From Sulfurimonadaceae bacterium (GTDB lineage Bacteria > Campylobacterota > Campylobacteria > Campylobacterales > Sulfurimonadaceae), in assembly GCA_041562555.1 (NCBI GenBank), contig JBFEXS010000002.1, forward strand, positions 1 through 64,000: a DNA stretch of 64,000 nt. Direction: 5' to 3'. Shown piece by piece: positions 61,622 through 64,000 of the stretch (position 1 is its first letter; each line of letters starts with the position of its first letter). The translations under genes were made by a program, and so were the position numbers. The notes below the pieces were generated by a model. It saw only the letters and a program-made list of their open reading frames with translations, searched no databases and was not told the DNA's origin.

Positions 61622-63343
61622 ATGACGGATGATTTTCTTTTTCAAGACGAAGAATCAATTACTCCGGACAGTCAAAAAAAGCCCTGGAAGGTACTCATCG
61701 TCGATGACGATATCGGTGTACATGAGGTCACCATACTTGCACTAAAGAACCTATACGTAGATGACAGACCTTTGTCTTTTACCTCTGTTTATTCTGCGAA
61801 AGAGGCAAAGAGCCTGTTGTCCGAAGACGACAGTTTTGCCGTTGCCCTCATTGATGTGGTAATGGAAACTGCCAATGCCGGTCTTGAGCTCACACAATAT
61901 ATCCGTCAGGAGCTTCTTAATCCACATCTTCGCATCATAATTCGTACCGGTCAGGCCGGTCAAGCTCCCGAAAAGTTTGTGATCGATCATTATGACATCA
62001 ATGATTATAAAGACAAGACAGAGCTTAATGCAGATAAGTTATACAGTTCTGTCAAAATAGCGATCAACAACTTTTCCAGTCTTTTTCAGGTCAATACAGA
62101 AAAAGAAGCACTCTATAAAGAGATAATCCATCACCCTTTGACCAACCTCTATAATCAACACAAGCTTCATAACGACCTCATGGAGTTGACAGATGTAACC
62201 ATAGTGCTGCTGAACGTAGACAGGTTCTCTCATATCAATGATCTGTATGGATATGCCCAGGGAAACTACATCATTGAAGAGATCGGAAAGACACTCAAAC
62301 TGCTCGAAGGCAAGGGAAACAAACTCTATCACATCGGTATCGATGAGTTCTTATTGCTTACACAAAAGAGCACTCCGATGGAGATTGACGAGACTGTTGC
62401 ACTGATTCAAAATAAATTCCAAAACTCCAGTTTCACCCATGAAGATATCGATTTTAATATTACCTTTACTATCGGTATTGTTGAAAATGAAACCGAGAAT
62501 CTCTTCAATAAGGCTGATCTTGCGGTCAAAGAAGCCCGTCTTATCAGTTCTAACCGCGTGCAACGCTATCATGAGAACATGAGTGTCATCCGTGATATAC
62601 AAAACAATGTTACATGGTTTAAAGAGATCAAACATGCGTTGAAAGAAGATCGTATCGTCCCGTTTTTTCAACCGATCTATAATAACAACACTAAAAAAAT
62701 TGAGAAATATGAATGTCTGGTACGTATGATCAAAGATGATGAAGTCATTCCTCCCGCCACCTTTTTAAAAGTTGCGGAAGAGACAGGGATACTTGTTCAA
62801 ATCACACGTACCATGCTGGAAAAAAGTGCTAAGGTGTTCGCAGACAACAACTTCGTCTTTTCCATCAATATCACTCCCCATGACTTACAAGACGGGAACT
62901 TTTCCTCCTATGTCAGTTCTATTCTTGAGACCTACGATATAGAGCCTTCGCGTATTATCTTTGAAGTGTTGGAAAACAACTCTCTGGATACTGTTCTTAA
63001 CAGTCGAGAGAACATCAAACAGCTTCATGAACTTGGGTGCGGTATCGCTTTGGATGACTTTGGTGCCCAATGCCAAAACTTTGCCAACATCATCAATCTG
63101 CAACTTAATTCTATTAAAATTGATGGTTCTTTTATCAAAAATGTCCAAGATGAGATGTACCGCAAGATGGTCGACAGTATTGTCTATTTTGCCAATAATG
63201 TCGGTATCGATCTTGTAGCCGAATTTGTCTGTAACGAAGAAATATACACCATAGTAAATGAGCTCGGCATCAAATACTCCCAGGGGTATTTTATCTCTGA
63301 ACCTCTGCCACATCTTAGTGAAAAGGAGGACCCTTTATCATGA
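61622..63343 (+). CDS. Receiver + degenerate GGDEF + EAL protein
   Basis: REC motifs VDDD and LIDVVME, HIGIDEF at the GGDEF position, and FQPI..YECLVR, ALDDFG, IKIDGSF, VAEFV, QGY. Confidence 0.9.
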   Translation: MTDDFLFQDEESITPDSQKKPWKVLIVDDDIGVHEVTILALKNLYVDDRPLSFTSVYSAKEAKSLLSEDDSFAVALIDVVMETANAGLELTQYIRQELLNPHLRIIIRTGQAGQAPEKFVIDHYDINDYKDKTELNADKLYSSVKIAINNFSSLFQVNTEKEALYKEIIHHPLTNLYNQHKLHNDLMELTDVTIVLLNVDRFSHINDLYGYAQGNYIIEEIGKTLKLLEGKGNKLYHIGIDEFLLLTQKSTPMEIDETVALIQNKFQNSSFTHEDIDFNITFTIGIVENETENLFNKADLAVKEARLISSNRVQRYHENMSVIRDIQNNVTWFKEIKHALKEDRIVPFFQPIYNNNTKKIEKYECLVRMIKDDEVIPPATFLKVAEETGILVQITRTMLEKSAKVFADNNFVFSINITPHDLQDGNFSSYVSSILETYDIEPSRIIFEVLENNSLDTVLNSRENIKQLHELGCGIALDDFGAQCQNFANIINLQLNSIKIDGSFIKNVQDEMYRKMVDSIVYFANNVGIDLVAEFVCNEEIYTIVNELGIKYSQGYFISEPLPHLSEKEDPLS

Positions 63344-63843
63344 GGAAATCACTTCTTTTCATAAGTATCATCCTATTAAGCACCAAGCTTCTGGCTGTTT
63401 CAGAGACGCAGATCAAGGCTGTGTTTTTAGAGAAGTTCACCCATCTTATCGAATGGCCGAAAAGTGACAAGTCCTACTTCTCCGTATGTATACTCAATGA
63501 TGATGATTTTGCAGAAATCCTGGAAAAAGTCTATATTGATAAAACCTATCATGACAGACCGGTCAAAATTCTGCGTGTTTCTGATTTATCCAAGATACCT
63601 CAGTGTGATCTTCTTTTTATCGGGAAAAATACGAAAAATGTCTCTTCTATTACCGACAAGTACACATCTTCTGCCCTATTGACAGTAAGTGACAACAAGC
63701 AGTTTCTCAATAAGAATGTTATGATCACCTTCTATTTACGGGACAAGCGTTTTAAATATATCATCAACAACAAGGCTGCCAAAGATGCCAATATCAAGAT
63801 CAGCTATCTGTTGCTGAAATCTGCCGAAGAGGTGATACAATGA
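63340..63843 (+). CDS. YfiR-family (DUF4154-type) periplasmic protein
   Basis: Signal peptide, ETQIKAVFLEKFTHLIEWP, CDLLFI, LTVSD and ISYLLLKSA match the YfiR pattern. Confidence 0.88.
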   Translation: MRKSLLFISIILLSTKLLAVSETQIKAVFLEKFTHLIEWPKSDKSYFSVCILNDDDFAEILEKVYIDKTYHDRPVKILRVSDLSKIPQCDLLFIGKNTKNVSSITDKYTSSALLTVSDNKQFLNKNVMITFYLRDKRFKYIINNKAAKDANIKISYLLLKSAEEVIQ

Positions 63844-64000
63844 ACCGCTTCTCTGATTTTTCGATCAAATACAAACTTATTCTATCCGTTGTCAATCTTT
63901 TGGTCCTGGCCCTTGGTGCCTATGTCTTCTTTACTCTTTTTGTAAACTATCAGCGCAACACTTCTGCTTTGCTGAGTGAATCAAAACTACAATCACAGCT
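63840..64000 (+). CDS. Partial membrane sensor protein (N-terminus only)
   Basis: ATGA overlap with the yfiR-like stop; MNRFSDFSIKYKLILSVVNLLVLALGAYVFF... is a typical sensor first-helix start. Confidence 0.75.
   Translation, partial: MNRFSDFSIKYKLILSVVNLLVLALGAYVFFTLFVNYQRNTSALLSESKLQSQ

Overview
This window looks like a gene-dense, mostly core chromosome segment of a flagellated Campylobacterota bacterium, probably Sulfurimonas/Sulfurovum-like. That assignment is inferred from gene content and order: motAB-fliP-trmA, glmU...coaBC-uppS-A24-lptF-truA, folD-lepB-S2P-rpiB-apt-trpB-pepA-ychF, trkA-like-aroB-mscS-mtaB-ftsH2-bioV-mog, and tgt-pdxJ-pdxA. I recognised no rRNA, tRNA, CRISPR array, transposase or integrase. 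The most interesting part is a redox/complex II neighbourhood at about 31-48 kb. It holds an intact, apparently cytoplasmic type-E sdhABE operon and a putA-putP-proB operon that couples proline breakdown with the first step of proline synthesis. It also holds the AMPylase selO and a 370-aa protein with no cysteines that aligns by eye as a fusion of the neighbouring SdhB and the C-terminal half of SdhE, with every Fe-S ligand removed. The frdCAB operon has an in-frame TAA at frdA codon 52 that the ORF track masks. Other observations are an unannotated 27-aa membrane microprotein ORF, three c-di-GMP proteins with degenerate GGDEF sites, a protease-dead FtsH paralog, an HspR-like operator before htpG, and a small AT-rich islet at 48.7-50.5 kb. 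All calls come from motif recognition by eye; no searches were run.
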